Positions 1-9,561 of a stretch of 64,000 nucleotides of DNA are shown here, piece after piece (positions within the stretch are counted from its first letter, which is position 1; the number at the start of each line of letters is the position of its first letter). The translations under genes and the position numbers were made by a program. The notes under the pieces are model-generated. The model was not told the DNA's origin and searched no databases. It saw only the letters and a list, made by a program, of their open reading frames with translations. The DNA comes from a virus (lineage: Duplodnaviria > Caudoviricetes), in the IMG/VR virus record IMGVR_UViG_3300029705_000100, positions 1 to 64,000 of that record; one strand, written 5' to 3'.

Positions 1-254
1 AGGCGCGGCAGGGGTATGAAGCTGTCGATTTTCCGGCAAGCCGACTGGGCGTCGCTTGGCTGAAAGGGCCGGAGAGCGAGATTTATGGGGCGGAGGATAT
101 TGCCGTAAAGGGCTTGGAGAAAGCAGGGTTTGTTCCAGTGCCGGACGAGCGGGGCGCATGCTGGCTGATGGAAAGGTATGCCTGCCCGCGGTTTACAGCG
201 GCGGATGAAAACGGCTGTGTGACGCTGGATATCTGCGTCTTTGCCGGGCAATAG
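1..254 (+). CDS. Host gene 3' end, GyrI-like/AraC effector-binding domain (partial)
   Basis: Open frame from position 3: ...WLMERYACPRFTAADENGCVTLDICVFAGQ, ending in TAG at 252-254; ERYxCPRFT resembles GyrI-like proteins. Confidence 0.55.
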   Translation, partial: ARQGYEAVDFPASRLGVAWLKGPESEIYGAEDIAVKGLEKAGFVPVPDERGACWLMERYACPRFTAADENGCVTLDICVFAGQ

Positions 255-329
255 AGAAAGCGGGAGCATGCGGGGGACAGGGAAGAGCTGTCCGCTTTTT
301 TAAGGTTCGTGAAAATGTCCTTTTGCCTA

Positions 330-357
330 TTGACAAGCGGCGCATTTTGCGTATAAT
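330..357 (+). promoter_or_regulatory. Sigma70/SigA promoter of tRNA-Lys
   Basis: TTGACA (330-335), 16 nt, TATAAT (352-357), 20 nt upstream of the tRNA. Confidence 0.85.
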
Positions 358-377
358 GAGATATGTTATGCATCTTT

Positions 378-453
378 GATCCATTAGCTCAGTCGGTAGA
401 GCACCTGACTTTTAATCAGGGTGTCCCGGGTTCGAGTCCCGGATGGGTCACCA
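378..453 (+). tRNA. tRNA-Lys(UUU); probable prophage integration site
   Basis: 76-nt cloverleaf, anticodon arm CCTGA-CTTTTAA-TCAGG, TTCGAGT T-loop, encoded CCA; integrase converges on it. Confidence 0.97.
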
Positions 454-498
454 AGAAGTTTTGTAGCACTATGTGAAAACATGGTGCTACTTCTTTTT
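454..498 (+). terminator. Hairpin/terminator after tRNA-Lys
   Basis: GTAGCAC...GTGCTAC inverted repeat followed by TTCTTTTT. Confidence 0.6.
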
Positions 499-575
499 AT
501 ACCTCTGAATAAAAAAGAGACGAGCAAGTGTAAAGAAAACGCGAAGCAAAAAACTGCTCAAAACAGATTTTCTAA

Positions 576-625
576 AAAGTCCGCAAGAAAGTCCGCAAAC
601 TCCATCGAGTTGGGTTGCGGACTTT
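576..625. repeat. Candidate integrase arm-type binding sites
   Basis: AAAGTCCGCAA direct repeats at 576-586 and 588-598, inverted copy at 615-625, between tRNA and integrase stop. Confidence 0.55.
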
Positions 626-641
626 TGAAGAAAATGAGGTT

Positions 642-1919
642 TTATGCGTTCGCCGATGCAAAATCCGATAGAATGGCTTCGGCGCGATCAGTCATTGTCT
701 GCGTGTTTTTTATGTAAATATTTGCAGTCGTTGCCTGATTGGCATGGCCTTCCCAATGCTGAATTGTCTTGTCGTCTACGCCCAGTTCATGGAGAACTGT
801 GGCGTGGCTGTACCGAAACATATGCGGATGGAGATCATCGATTTCAAGAACCTTCTTGATTCTATCCATTGCCTTGCGAAGCATTGACTTCGTGTAGGGA
901 GTGTTGCTGTTGCCGACAATGTAATCTCCACAGACAGGAATGTTTTCCAGAATGATCTTCAATGGTTTGACCAGTGGAATTGTTCGGATGCTCTTCTTTG
1001 TCTTAGGGAGCTGAATGGTGGCGGTGTTGCTTCCGTTGTTGAAGGCAGCTTGCTTGGTGATGTGGATGCAGTTTTCGGCAAAGTCCACATTATCCCATGT
1101 GAGACCAAGCGCTTCGCCACGCCTCAGTCCTTCGTACATCATCAGTGCAACCAGAACTCTATCGGAAATGCCAAGATCGGGGAGGAGACTCTGAACTCGC
1201 AGCCATTCATCCTGACTCAAGGCGCGGCCTTCCTTTTTATCGGCGCCGGTCTTGGTTAGCTTACCCTTCGCGGGATTGATCACGATCAGCGATTCCTGAA
1301 TTGCCATATTGAAGATCTGTCGAAGTGTAATCAGCAGCTTATTCTGTGTGGATGCAGCGATCCTTCTGCTGTCGTTTAGCAGTTCCTGAATATTGGTGGT
1401 TGTGATTTCGTTGATCGGTTTGTCGCCAAAGACAGGATAAATGACGCGGTCCAACATTCTGCGGTAATCGTCAATGGTGGCGGGCTTCAGCTTGTTGTTA
1501 TCCTGCTTATAGACCCTGAACCACCATTCAGCCATATCTTTGAATGTGATCGTCTTTTCATGTTTGACTTCCGCGGAGTCGCTGCGAAGAACATAATCTC
1601 CCAACAGACCAGAATCAAGCACCATTTTTGCTGCTTTGAGCATAAACTCGTACTCGGTCTTGGCCTGTACATGCTTCATAATGGGAACATTGAATTCATT
1701 GATACCAATAGGTACTCGTCCACGTACCATAAAATCCTCTCCTTCTTGAGAGGGTTGTGTACCAACTGTGCTGTTATCAAGGTTCGTATCAAGAAGGACA
1801 CAGCGGATGTAATGGGCCAATTTCCGCTCATCCACGGTCACAGTGGCCTTCTTGCCATCTATGATATCCACTTTCAAACTGTCTGTCAACAGTTTTTCTC
1901 GCTCCTAACTGGTATCCAT
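642..1919 (-). CDS. int: Tyrosine integrase (in-frame TAG at codon 5)
   Basis: GLRRGE, LPKT, HMFRYSHA and TIQHWEGH catalytic motifs; ATG at 1919 with GGAGGTG RBS, reading MDTS*EREKLLTDSL with TAG at 1905-1907. Confidence 0.9.
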
Positions 1920-1920
1920 T

Positions 1921-2442
1921 TTACACCTCCACGGCTGTAGGTTTCTCTAACTTTTCAAGGAACCGATTCTGAATCAACCAAGTGATCCCGACGGCCACTG
2001 CATCGCTTTCATCATCCGTTCTATATTGCACCTTCCCTACATATTGTTCCAGAATCTTGGCTACTTCCTGCTTACTGGCTTTTCCTGAGCCGGTAAGCGC
2101 TTTTTTTATTGTGGTCGGAGCAATTTCAAGATAGACCGCCTGACGTTTCTGCCAGGCGGTCTAATCTGCAATGCCTACGACCTTTGAGATAGCTTGCGTT
2201 TCTTTTGGAAATCTTGAAAATGCTTTTTCTCTGACGAAAACGTCTACACCATCAGAAATAGAGCACAGGAGGTCGTAGATGCCACATAGAAGCTTTCCAT
2301 GGGGCGAGGAGGGGGATCGATCCTCCAAATGCCATAAAGCCTCTACATGGGCTCTGGGAGCCTCATACCGGATTATCGCAAATCCCGGACATCTCAGCGA
2401 CAGATCGGCACACAGCTATCGCAGAGGCTTAGGCGAATCCAT
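1921..2442 (-). CDS. RuvC-like Holliday junction resolvase (2 in-frame TAG); absent from ORF track
   Basis: LR*LCADLSL...VREKAF...VVGIAD*TAW...EIAPTTIKKALTGSGKASK...DDESDAVAV; TAG at 2416-2418 and 2161-2163. Confidence 0.85.
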
Positions 2443-2770
2443 CGGACCTGTCTCTATCATGATCGACCTCATAGGCAAACATCGCTCTCAGAATTGCATG
2501 GCTCAGATGGTCGTCGCTTTCGTCGCTGGCGATATATGCGAACAGATGCTGAATGGCGTGATTTACATGCTCCTCGGCGGAGATTTTCTTGTAATTGCGC
2601 TCAAGAAGAGTCTCGCCGTACTTTTCAGCGCCATACTTGGCTACTTCTGCGGCAGCGAACACTGCATGGGGCGGAAGAAAATGAAACGCATAGGGGGTCG
2701 CAGACTGCCTTCCGCCCTGATCATTGGTTACGGTTGGTACATCAGGCTGTACGCCGGTGATTATCGCCAT
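2429..2770 (-). CDS. dATP/dGTP diphosphohydrolase-domain protein (DUF5664-like)
   Basis: KYGAEKYG...NYKKI...HVNHAIQHL pattern. Confidence 0.6.
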   Translation of the reverse strand: MAIITGVQPDVPTVTNDQGGRQSATPYAFHFLPPHAVFAAAEVAKYGAEKYGETLLERNYKKISAEEHVNHAIQHLFAYIASDESDDHLSHAILRAMFAYEVDHDRDRSDGFA

Positions 2771-3414
2771 TACTCTTCCTCCTTTGCCAGCAGTTTGTCA
2801 AAACAGAGTGCGCTCCAGGATTCCATGTAGCCGTTACTGCGCGCTTCGGCCATCTGCTTCACCGTGAACCAGTCGCCAGTGAGTTTGTCAGCTTCCAGAC
2901 AGGAGATGTCTTCACGCTCAGTGTAAGCGTAGTAGACCATGCCGAGATGGACGCTGTCCACCTCGTTATCTTCGCGGGAAATAAAGCCGCAGAAGGTGAT
3001 GTCTGCAATATCTGCTTTGAAAAGACCGACTTCTTCTTCCAGCTCGCGGTACAGGCAGTCCATGATGCGTTCGCCTTCGTCCATGTGACCGCCAAGGCCG
3101 ATACTGTGCTGACCGATGAGGCGTTCGTCGCCGCCGATGCGGGTAGTCATGAAAACTCTGCCGGTGGGCTTATGTTCAATCAGCACATACGGAATCATCT
3201 GCTTGAATGTAGGATTGCATTCAGCTTCACAGCGGAGCATGGACTTCATATGCTGCTGCACCCAGTCCCTAAGGGTTATCACGTCGCCGTTATAAAGTAG
3301 GACAGCGTCTCTGCGGCACGTGAAATCGCCTTTCTAAAAATCTGCGACAACCGATCGGTCAACGCCCATGACTTTGGTGTCGCCATACTTTTCACGATAT
3401 TGTTCACTCGTCAT
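2770..3414 (-). CDS. NUDIX hydrolase (1 in-frame TAG)
   Basis: KQMIPY, GLGGH and RELEEEVG Nudix box; extended to ATG 3414 (AGAAGG RBS) through TAG at 3334-3336 (ADF*KGD). Confidence 0.8.
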
Positions 3415-3901
3415 ATTGTTCCTTCTTTCTACGAAACATCCATGTTTCGTCAATCAATTCGTCAGTTGATATCCGATAGAAGCGCTGGTTTGTTTTGGGA
3501 TTATCCAGCCCACCGAGGTCGTCAACATAGGGTCCCAGTTTGATGTAGTCCAGTAGCGGAAGCTACCGTTCAAAAGGCCTGATGCTGTCGCATCCGCTGT
3601 ATAGGCATGTTTTCAAGCCACGGGCGCGAATCATCAGAAGCGCATATTCCAGTTGCTCCATGTTGCACCCCTCTCCCATGAGGCATACACAGGTAATCAA
3701 GCCGCTATAGCGTCGGATCAGCGCATCTAGGTCACGCTACAGCGGTTGCCCGATATCCTGCTGCAGATATGGAGAGTGGCAGTTGTGACAGCGATAGTCG
3801 CAATTGGAGATGGTCAGCGTCAGGCTGATTTCCTTCGGGACTTCTTCCATCGTTATTGCGCACTCTACATACCGAAGCGGTGAATCAATTGTCCTCTACA
3901 T
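3404..3901 (-). CDS. nrdG: Anaerobic RNR activating radical-SAM enzyme (2-3 in-frame TAG); absent from ORF track
   Basis: EVPKEISLTLTISNCDYRCHNCHSPYL, TCVCLMG, LDYIKLGPY...GGLDNPKTNQRFY; TAG at 3737-3739 and 3563-3565, possibly 3896-3898; start uncertain. Confidence 0.85.
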
Positions 3902-4130
3902 CATACTTGGTATAGCATTCATCGCAGATGCGATTACCATCGACAGTTTCCACATAACCGCGTGTGATCCACTCACCACAGGCGTCGCAGCGGTGAGACT
4001 GGTGAATGTCAGTGCTTTCGCAGCGGGGACAGACACAGAGCTCCTCGTAGGGAGGAGTGTCCAGTCCATGCCGTTCAAAGACAACCTTTGCCTGTTCAAA
4101 CAATGCGCCGCATTCTACGCAGATCAGCAT
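3885..4130 (-). CDS. Small Cys-rich zinc-binding hypothetical protein
   Basis: Four CxxC pairs in 81 aa, operonic position. Confidence 0.65.
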   Translation of the reverse strand: MLICVECGALFEQAKVVFERHGLDTPPYEELCVCPRCESTDIHQSHRCDACGEWITRGYVETVDGNRICDECYTKYDVEDN

Positions 4131-4318
4131 GCATCATCGCCGTCCTTGACATTGATGTACAGGCCGCAATGACAGTCCTGTTTCTCTCGAAAATCCTTAC
4201 AGGGGCACTTGTTTTCAGGCTTCTTTTCCTACTTACAGGGGCAATGGCCATTGTTGGCTTTGATGCGCTTTTTGAGGCTCTTGACGAACACTTCGTCGGG
4301 GTTTAGCATAACACCCAT
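4124..4318 (-). CDS. Ferredoxin:thioredoxin reductase catalytic-subunit-like protein (1 in-frame TAG)
   Basis: NGHCPCK*EKKPENKCPCKDF...CHCGLY with the CPC/CPC/CHC signature; TAG at 4229-4231. Confidence 0.8.
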
Positions 4319-7221
4319 CAGAATCCCTCCAATCCGTCGTTGTAGTAGCGACGTTCTTCTTCCTCCTGTCGCTCCTTGGAGAAACTGGAAACCAATTTTA
4401 GATAGCCGATGACGCGGGTAGCGTAATCAAGATCCTTGCTATCGCAAATCGGGCATTCAGCAAGGCGGTGTTTGCTGATATATCCACAAGTTTTGCACAA
4501 GGTGTTGTGGATATTGAAGGTAAAATAGCTGCATCCGGTCCTAATCGCTGCTTCCAGAAGCAGAAGATACTGTTCCTTCGTCAGATGGTCATCCAGATTG
4601 ATGTGACAGGCGCTGCCGCCATCAAGATACTTGGTAAAAGCCTTGCCGTGAAGCATCAGCTTGTCCAGTACATTGACTTTCGGATCTTCAACCCGGAAAA
4701 AGTAGGAATTGTAGCAGTCGCGAGGGACAAACAGTTTTGCTGCCTTATCCCATGCGGCATTCTTCACGCCCAAGCCTTCTGCGGGCACCATTTCTGTGTT
4801 CCAGAGGATACCATTGCCTCGGGCTGCTCTGTTGGCCTCATATATAGGCTGGAGAACTGCTTCCGTATAGGCAATGTAGTCAGCATTTGTGGGATCAATT
4901 TCAATTCCCAGCGATTCCGCGCCCTCAATGAAGCCATTGATGCCAACCGTGAGATACTGCTTTTCCAGATTGACGAACCCAGCATCATATACAGGCAGAA
5001 GGCCTGCTTTTTGGCGTTCATGAAGGATTTCATTGAACACCAGCAGGTATCTGTGGACCTTTTCAACCTGAATCTTCATTGCCTCTCGCACATCATCCAG
5101 CCCGCGATCCCAGATGGCATTCTGAACAAGCCGATTGACATTGATGGTTATGACGCACTTGCTGCCAGTAGATACACCGCCTGCGCCAAGCGTGTAGGAG
5201 AAGGTGTTGTCCTGCAATTCATTGCGAAGGCGACAGTTATGAGTGATCATGCCGCTGGGGAGTGTGAAGTACGGTTCATTTTGGTTTGCAATCTCAAAGC
5301 AGTAAACAGATTCGCCATCGCGATCGGTGCATCTGCTAACTTCAGCAACGCGGAAATACATGCCGTTGTTGACGATACGGAAGACATTACCCATGCTACG
5401 TTTGTTTCTTGGTTCATACCAACGAATGCAGTACAGCGGGTAATTGCGGTTCCATATTTCACCGCGTATAACGACAGGTTCATCAGTGCGGTCACTGATA
5501 TTGATGCTGGTGTTCAAGCCCAATGAGGAGCACAGTGCTTCAATATCGTCAATCAGACCAGTAGATGTGCTGTAGATGCGATTGTTGTTACCGCCATCTG
5601 TCGCGTACAGTCCATCCAGAATACCTCGCCTGAAGTCAACGGACTGGATCAGCACCTCTGCGTTCAGTCTCTTAGTATTACTGTTCCTGCCGTCAACATA
5701 TCGGAAAATGAACGACGAAAGCTCATCGCTGTATAGGCTTACTGGATACATGCTATGGAGTGGCTTGTACAGCGTGAAATCACTGTCGATACCGATATCT
5801 CGCAGAGCAGCATTCATTCTTTCGATACAGTCGCCATACTTACTCTCGTTGAGAGAGAAATGGACTGTTTTTTGACATGGACCGTGCGAATCAACGCTAC
5901 CATCGCCAAGATACATGCCGATGAGGAAACCTTGGTTGTAGGACAGTCCAATATCCTTTTCAGGAACGGGATCAAGTTGCAGTGTATTGAAGAGAATGTA
6001 ATCGTCAGTATTCAGTTGATCTGCGCGGACATCGCCTCTGAGCGTCGGAAACAGATGATTATCCGTTACCACTACAGATTTGTTGTTGGAGGTGCACACC
6101 GAGTACATCGGACGACCGTGAAGCTTAATGGTTTTGGCGTGAACCCAGCTCCCATTGTGATATACACACATGTTGGCCTTGTTTCCGCTGTATTTCATGT
6201 CGTGGAGTTCCTTGATAGGCATCAGGAATACGCCGGTACTGCTCTTGGCCAGAACCTTTGTATCTCCGGCAAAACAACAGCTTGAAAGACTGTCTACACT
6301 GTCCGATCTGTACACAAAGAAACTGTGTCCTTCAGCCCACATCTCTGCAACAAAGTCCTTCCACTCCTGATCGACATAGTCGTTGCCATCGTCCAGCAGA
6401 TTTACTGTTTCTACCGGGAATGTGAGCATCTTGCGCAGGCGTTCCTTGTTGAACCACTTCATAAAACGCTTCTGCAGCCAGTTGACGGATTCCCATCGCA
6501 TAGGCGTCCCATCCGGAAAGACGAAGTTTTCGAACATGCCATGAAAGTAAGGCTTGTCGAAGTACGCGATATTAAAGAAGACCGATTGATTGCCCCTGGC
6601 CGCTGCTGGCTGATTTAAGCTGTACACTACCTGTTCAAAGTTGTCTGTGATCACCTTGTCAATGGTACGCTTGCGGCTGGACGATTCAACACATTCATTC
6701 ACATGAAGATAGTAGTCGTCGCCGTATTCCTTGCGAATGAAATAGTCCATATAGGCGATCCATTCGGGGGTGCTGATGGCACCACAGAACTGAGAAGCGA
6801 GTGCAAACACCAGATTGATGAAAGAGCCGGTGAATGCAGCAAGATTCTTCGGAGCTTCGCTTGTACCGCCGATCGTGGTGTTTCCGTGAAACAGGAACGG
6901 ATAGAGCGTTACACTTGCACAGTAGGGTTTACCGATAACGCCCGTTTCATCATGCCGGTAGATCTCATGCTCCTCCAGCTGGCGAAGGTATTCCTCGGCG
7001 GTATCAACGCCATACATCTGACTGAGCTTCTGGTACATCGCCAATCGATTGATGGCAATGGCATCACGCTTAAACAGCTCCGTTTCGAGCGTTGCAATGC
7101 TCTTTCGCTCGACATTTGCGTTCGGGTCAACTTCGCTGCCGGTAGCGGCATTGATGGCTTTGCCATATCGAGAGATAAAATCCTAATGGGATGCGTGATC
7201 CCGGTATTTGTCAATTCGCAT
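4318..7221 (-). CDS. nrdD: Anaerobic ribonucleoside-triphosphate reductase with intein (TAG at codon 13)
   Basis: LTFPV, SSC|CRL, EMVPAEGLG, C-terminal zinc ribbon and TRVIGYL; ATG at 7221 (AAAGGA RBS), TAG at 7183-7185 (SH*DFISRY). Confidence 0.93.
5236..6276 (-). mobile_element. Intein with LAGLIDADG homing endonuclease in NrdD (347 aa)
   Basis: Begins CFAGDT, ends ITHN followed by Cys; LIGMYLGDGS and GILDGLYATDGG motifs. Confidence 0.92.
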
Positions 7222-7426
7222 GGGAGTTCGTCCTTTCATTGAGCCACGCAAGCGCAGCCGGATAGTCCATCATCTTGCCGTCTACAGACAGCATCGGCAG
7301 ATGTGTAATTCCCTGGGCAAGCATTTCATCGGTATTGCTGTTGATCGAGTAATCAATACCGGATTCATCCAGGCGAGCCTTCAGAACTTCGCAGCAGGGG
7401 CAGTGATTGCTGTAGAGTACAATCAT
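7211..7426 (-). CDS. Glutaredoxin/NrdH-like redoxin
   Basis: YSNHCPCC and LPML motifs, 71 aa. Confidence 0.8.
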   Translation of the reverse strand: MIVLYSNHCPCCEVLKARLDESGIDYSINSNTDEMLAQGITHLPMLSVDGKMMDYPAALAWLNERTNSHAN

Positions 7427-8037
7427 TCCGACACCTCCATGTCATCGAAGACGACTGGGATGGCAGCTTTGGCCTGCATAAACTACTCGCGCATAAGAAA
7501 ACGCATTTCCGGATAGGCTGCCTTGCTCATGCGCAGACCGAATATGTGTCGCCATTCACGCAGATTTGCTTTCATAATAATCTTGGTTGCCGTAGAGTTA
7601 GGAAGCACCTTTCTTGCGTCTTCCGGTTTACATCCAGCGTTCAAAAGAGCATGATAGGCGCGTTCGTCAGCTTCCATGCAGCGCTGCCAAAATTCGGAAT
7701 CGGTATCACCAGGACTGTAGAACAGTGGCTGAATGAAGGCGATCTGACCGCTCATACAGACATAGCGCTGGCTTTCGATGGCAAAGCTTGCAAGGCGATG
7801 ACGCGTGATTTCCGCCATGACGTCGCGGGAAGTGATCTACTCAACTGTCATGTCAGCAAATTCAAGAGGGGAGAGGTGACCGCGTCGGATCAACGAGCGC
7901 ACAAATCGAGGAGCGCTGTCCTCGGTAATTTTTACTTCGGAGCGGTAGCAGTTGCGACCGGCTACCTCAATATCGCGAAGAGCCTACATTCCATCAGTCG
8001 GTCTCAGAATCTTCGCACTCTGGTTCAGTATCTTCAT
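7423..8037 (-). CDS. thyX: Flavin-dependent thymidylate synthase (3 in-frame TAG)
   Basis: GRNCYRS, RGHLSPLE, EITRHRLASFAIESQRY, ARKVLPN, NLREWRH; TAG at 7984-7986, 7837-7839, 7483-7485. Confidence 0.92.
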
Positions 8038-8308
8038 CTTCAGATTCTCCTTCAATGATTGTGTTGTGGATGCGTTGAGCGATGGTGCGCGGCGTCAGAG
8101 CACATCCGTATACCTTGCCGTCATCCATAAGGATCAACGCTTTGGTCATGCGTCCCGCTGTCAGGTCATGAAATACTTTCTCGTCTTTGGCGGCCTTGCA
8201 GAGCCGTCTTGCATTGGCGGACAGCGGCATGAGGATGGCTTCAATGCGATTGGCGCAAAGGACATTGCCAAAGCCAACATGCACAAATCGCTAAGGGGTA
8301 AATGCCAT
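7994..8308 (-). CDS. RemA/DUF370-like regulatory protein (TAG at codon 6)
   Basis: MAFTP*RFVHVGFGNV...DLTAGRMTKALILMDDG; GGAAGGAG RBS; TAG at 8291-8293. Confidence 0.7.
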
Positions 8309-8356
8309 GAAATATAGCTCCTTCCATTAGGATATAAGCAGGTCTTCAACCTGCGA

Positions 8357-8443
8357 TGGTAGGAGCAGCGGGGATCGAACCCGCACGCCGTTTCCGGCAG
8401 CGGTTTTAGAGACCGCCGCGTATGCCAGTTCCGCCATGCTCCC
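8357..8443 (-). tRNA. Amber-decoding tRNA (anticodon CUA) with tRNA-Leu body
   Basis: 87-nt class II cloverleaf; anticodon arm GCGGT-CTCTAAA-ACCGC (anticodon at 8407-8409); D arm GCGGAACTGGCATACGC; variable arm GCCG-GAAA-CGGC; A73; encoded CCA. Confidence 0.95.
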
Positions 8444-8556
8444 TTGATAGAGGGACTTTGTTTTGTCCTTCATCTATTAAGGGGGATATTTTGGCAAAAA
8501 ACTTACAAGGATGAGTGATTTTGTTCGAACATTGATGTGTTGGGAATAGATAGGGT

Positions 8557-8588
8557 AAAAGAAAACAGTCACGAATACTCGTGACTGT
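8557..8588 (-). terminator. Intrinsic terminator upstream of the suppressor tRNA
   Basis: CAGTCACGA/TCGTGACTG stem followed by TTTTCTTTT on the minus strand. Confidence 0.75.
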
Positions 8589-8599
8589 AGTAGAACGTA

Positions 8600-9388
8600 T
8601 TATTTGAGTGCCTTCATACTCAGAAAGTTACTTTTAGCTTCGTTGTAATCAGATAGTTTTCTATCCCATTCAGTACGGTTTTTGGCATTACGCAATACTT
8701 CGTGCAAGGACACATCGTCGAAAAATCTGGTGTCTTCATCACAGTAGCATTTTTTAGCATATTGCTTGAGGAAAAGTAGTACCGCTTCGCTACAACGCTC
8801 TTCTTCATACTCTGGGGGATAATTGTGGATGCATTTCGCCATATCGTCAACGAAGTACAGCATGTCGGGTGGAGGATCAAAATCCACAATTTCACCGTCA
8901 ATTTCAACAGGAACGGGTTTGGTATCGATACCATTTTTCTTTAGCTTATAATCGAAATATGAGCGTAGACTCTCCGCACATACCATTTCATAGTCATACC
9001 TGCAAATATCCTTGTATTGTGATAGTAATCTGTCAATGGTGGTTCGTTCACTTTTCCACAAATACCTTGCATTATGGTCTTTCAAAAGTGAAGTGAGTTC
9101 CTTGTATCTTTGCCAAGTTGGTTCATCACTCAAAACCGTCCGCATCGGGTACAAAACCGACGATTTCAGATTGTTTCTATTACCGAACCTGAAGTATATC
9201 GCAGATATTATCCATGAAACAACACCGGATAAGACGACGGATATCAAAGTGAAGATGTTAACGCGGATATTCTCCGGAGCAAAAATCCATTTCAGATAGG
9301 ATATAACATACGCAATAATCTCTTTCATGTGACACCGTCCAATCAAAGAATGTGCCTTTATAATACAGCAAATGGAGGTATTTTTCAA
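8600..9388 (-). CDS. AT-rich cargo hypothetical protein with N-terminal TM segment
   Basis: 262-aa ORF with hydrophobic N-terminus; start may be at MKEII. Confidence 0.7.
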   Translation of the reverse strand: MKNTSICCIIKAHSLIGRCHMKEIIAYVISYLKWIFAPENIRVNIFTLISVVLSGVVSWIISAIYFRFGNRNNLKSSVLYPMRTVLSDEPTWQRYKELTSLLKDHNARYLWKSERTTIDRLLSQYKDICRYDYEMVCAESLRSYFDYKLKKNGIDTKPVPVEIDGEIVDFDPPPDMLYFVDDMAKCIHNYPPEYEEERCSEAVLLFLKQYAKKCYCDEDTRFFDDVSLHEVLRNAKNRTEWDRKLSDYNEAKSNFLSMKALK

Positions 9389-9561
9389 TACTGCTGCAGA
9401 GAATTCAGATAATTGAGGCCCAAGCTATGCTTACATAGAATTATGAAAAAAGTTCACAACGATAGTGGAAACACAGCTTGAATAGAGGTATATTCATATG
9501 AGGTTAGATGCTGAAACATAATATATGATAACTACCGAGGTGTACAAGCTGAAATATCCTA

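Noticed and set aside
2050-2110. Terminator-like hairpin with T-run
   Set aside because: It is the antisense of RuvC codons (KKALTGSGKASK)
8330-8356. Theta/HDV-like ribozyme after the suppressor tRNA
   Set aside because: Only a 6-bp hairpin (GCAGGT-TGAAG-ACCTGC) is present; no room or motif for a nested pseudoknot
8357-8443. Pyrrolysine, Gln, Tyr or Ser identity for the CUA tRNA
   Set aside because: The long variable arm excludes Pyl and Gln types and no pyl genes are seen; A73 argues against Ser (G73); A15/U48, the D arm and aliphatic TAG contexts argue against Tyr. Not formally excluded without a charging assay
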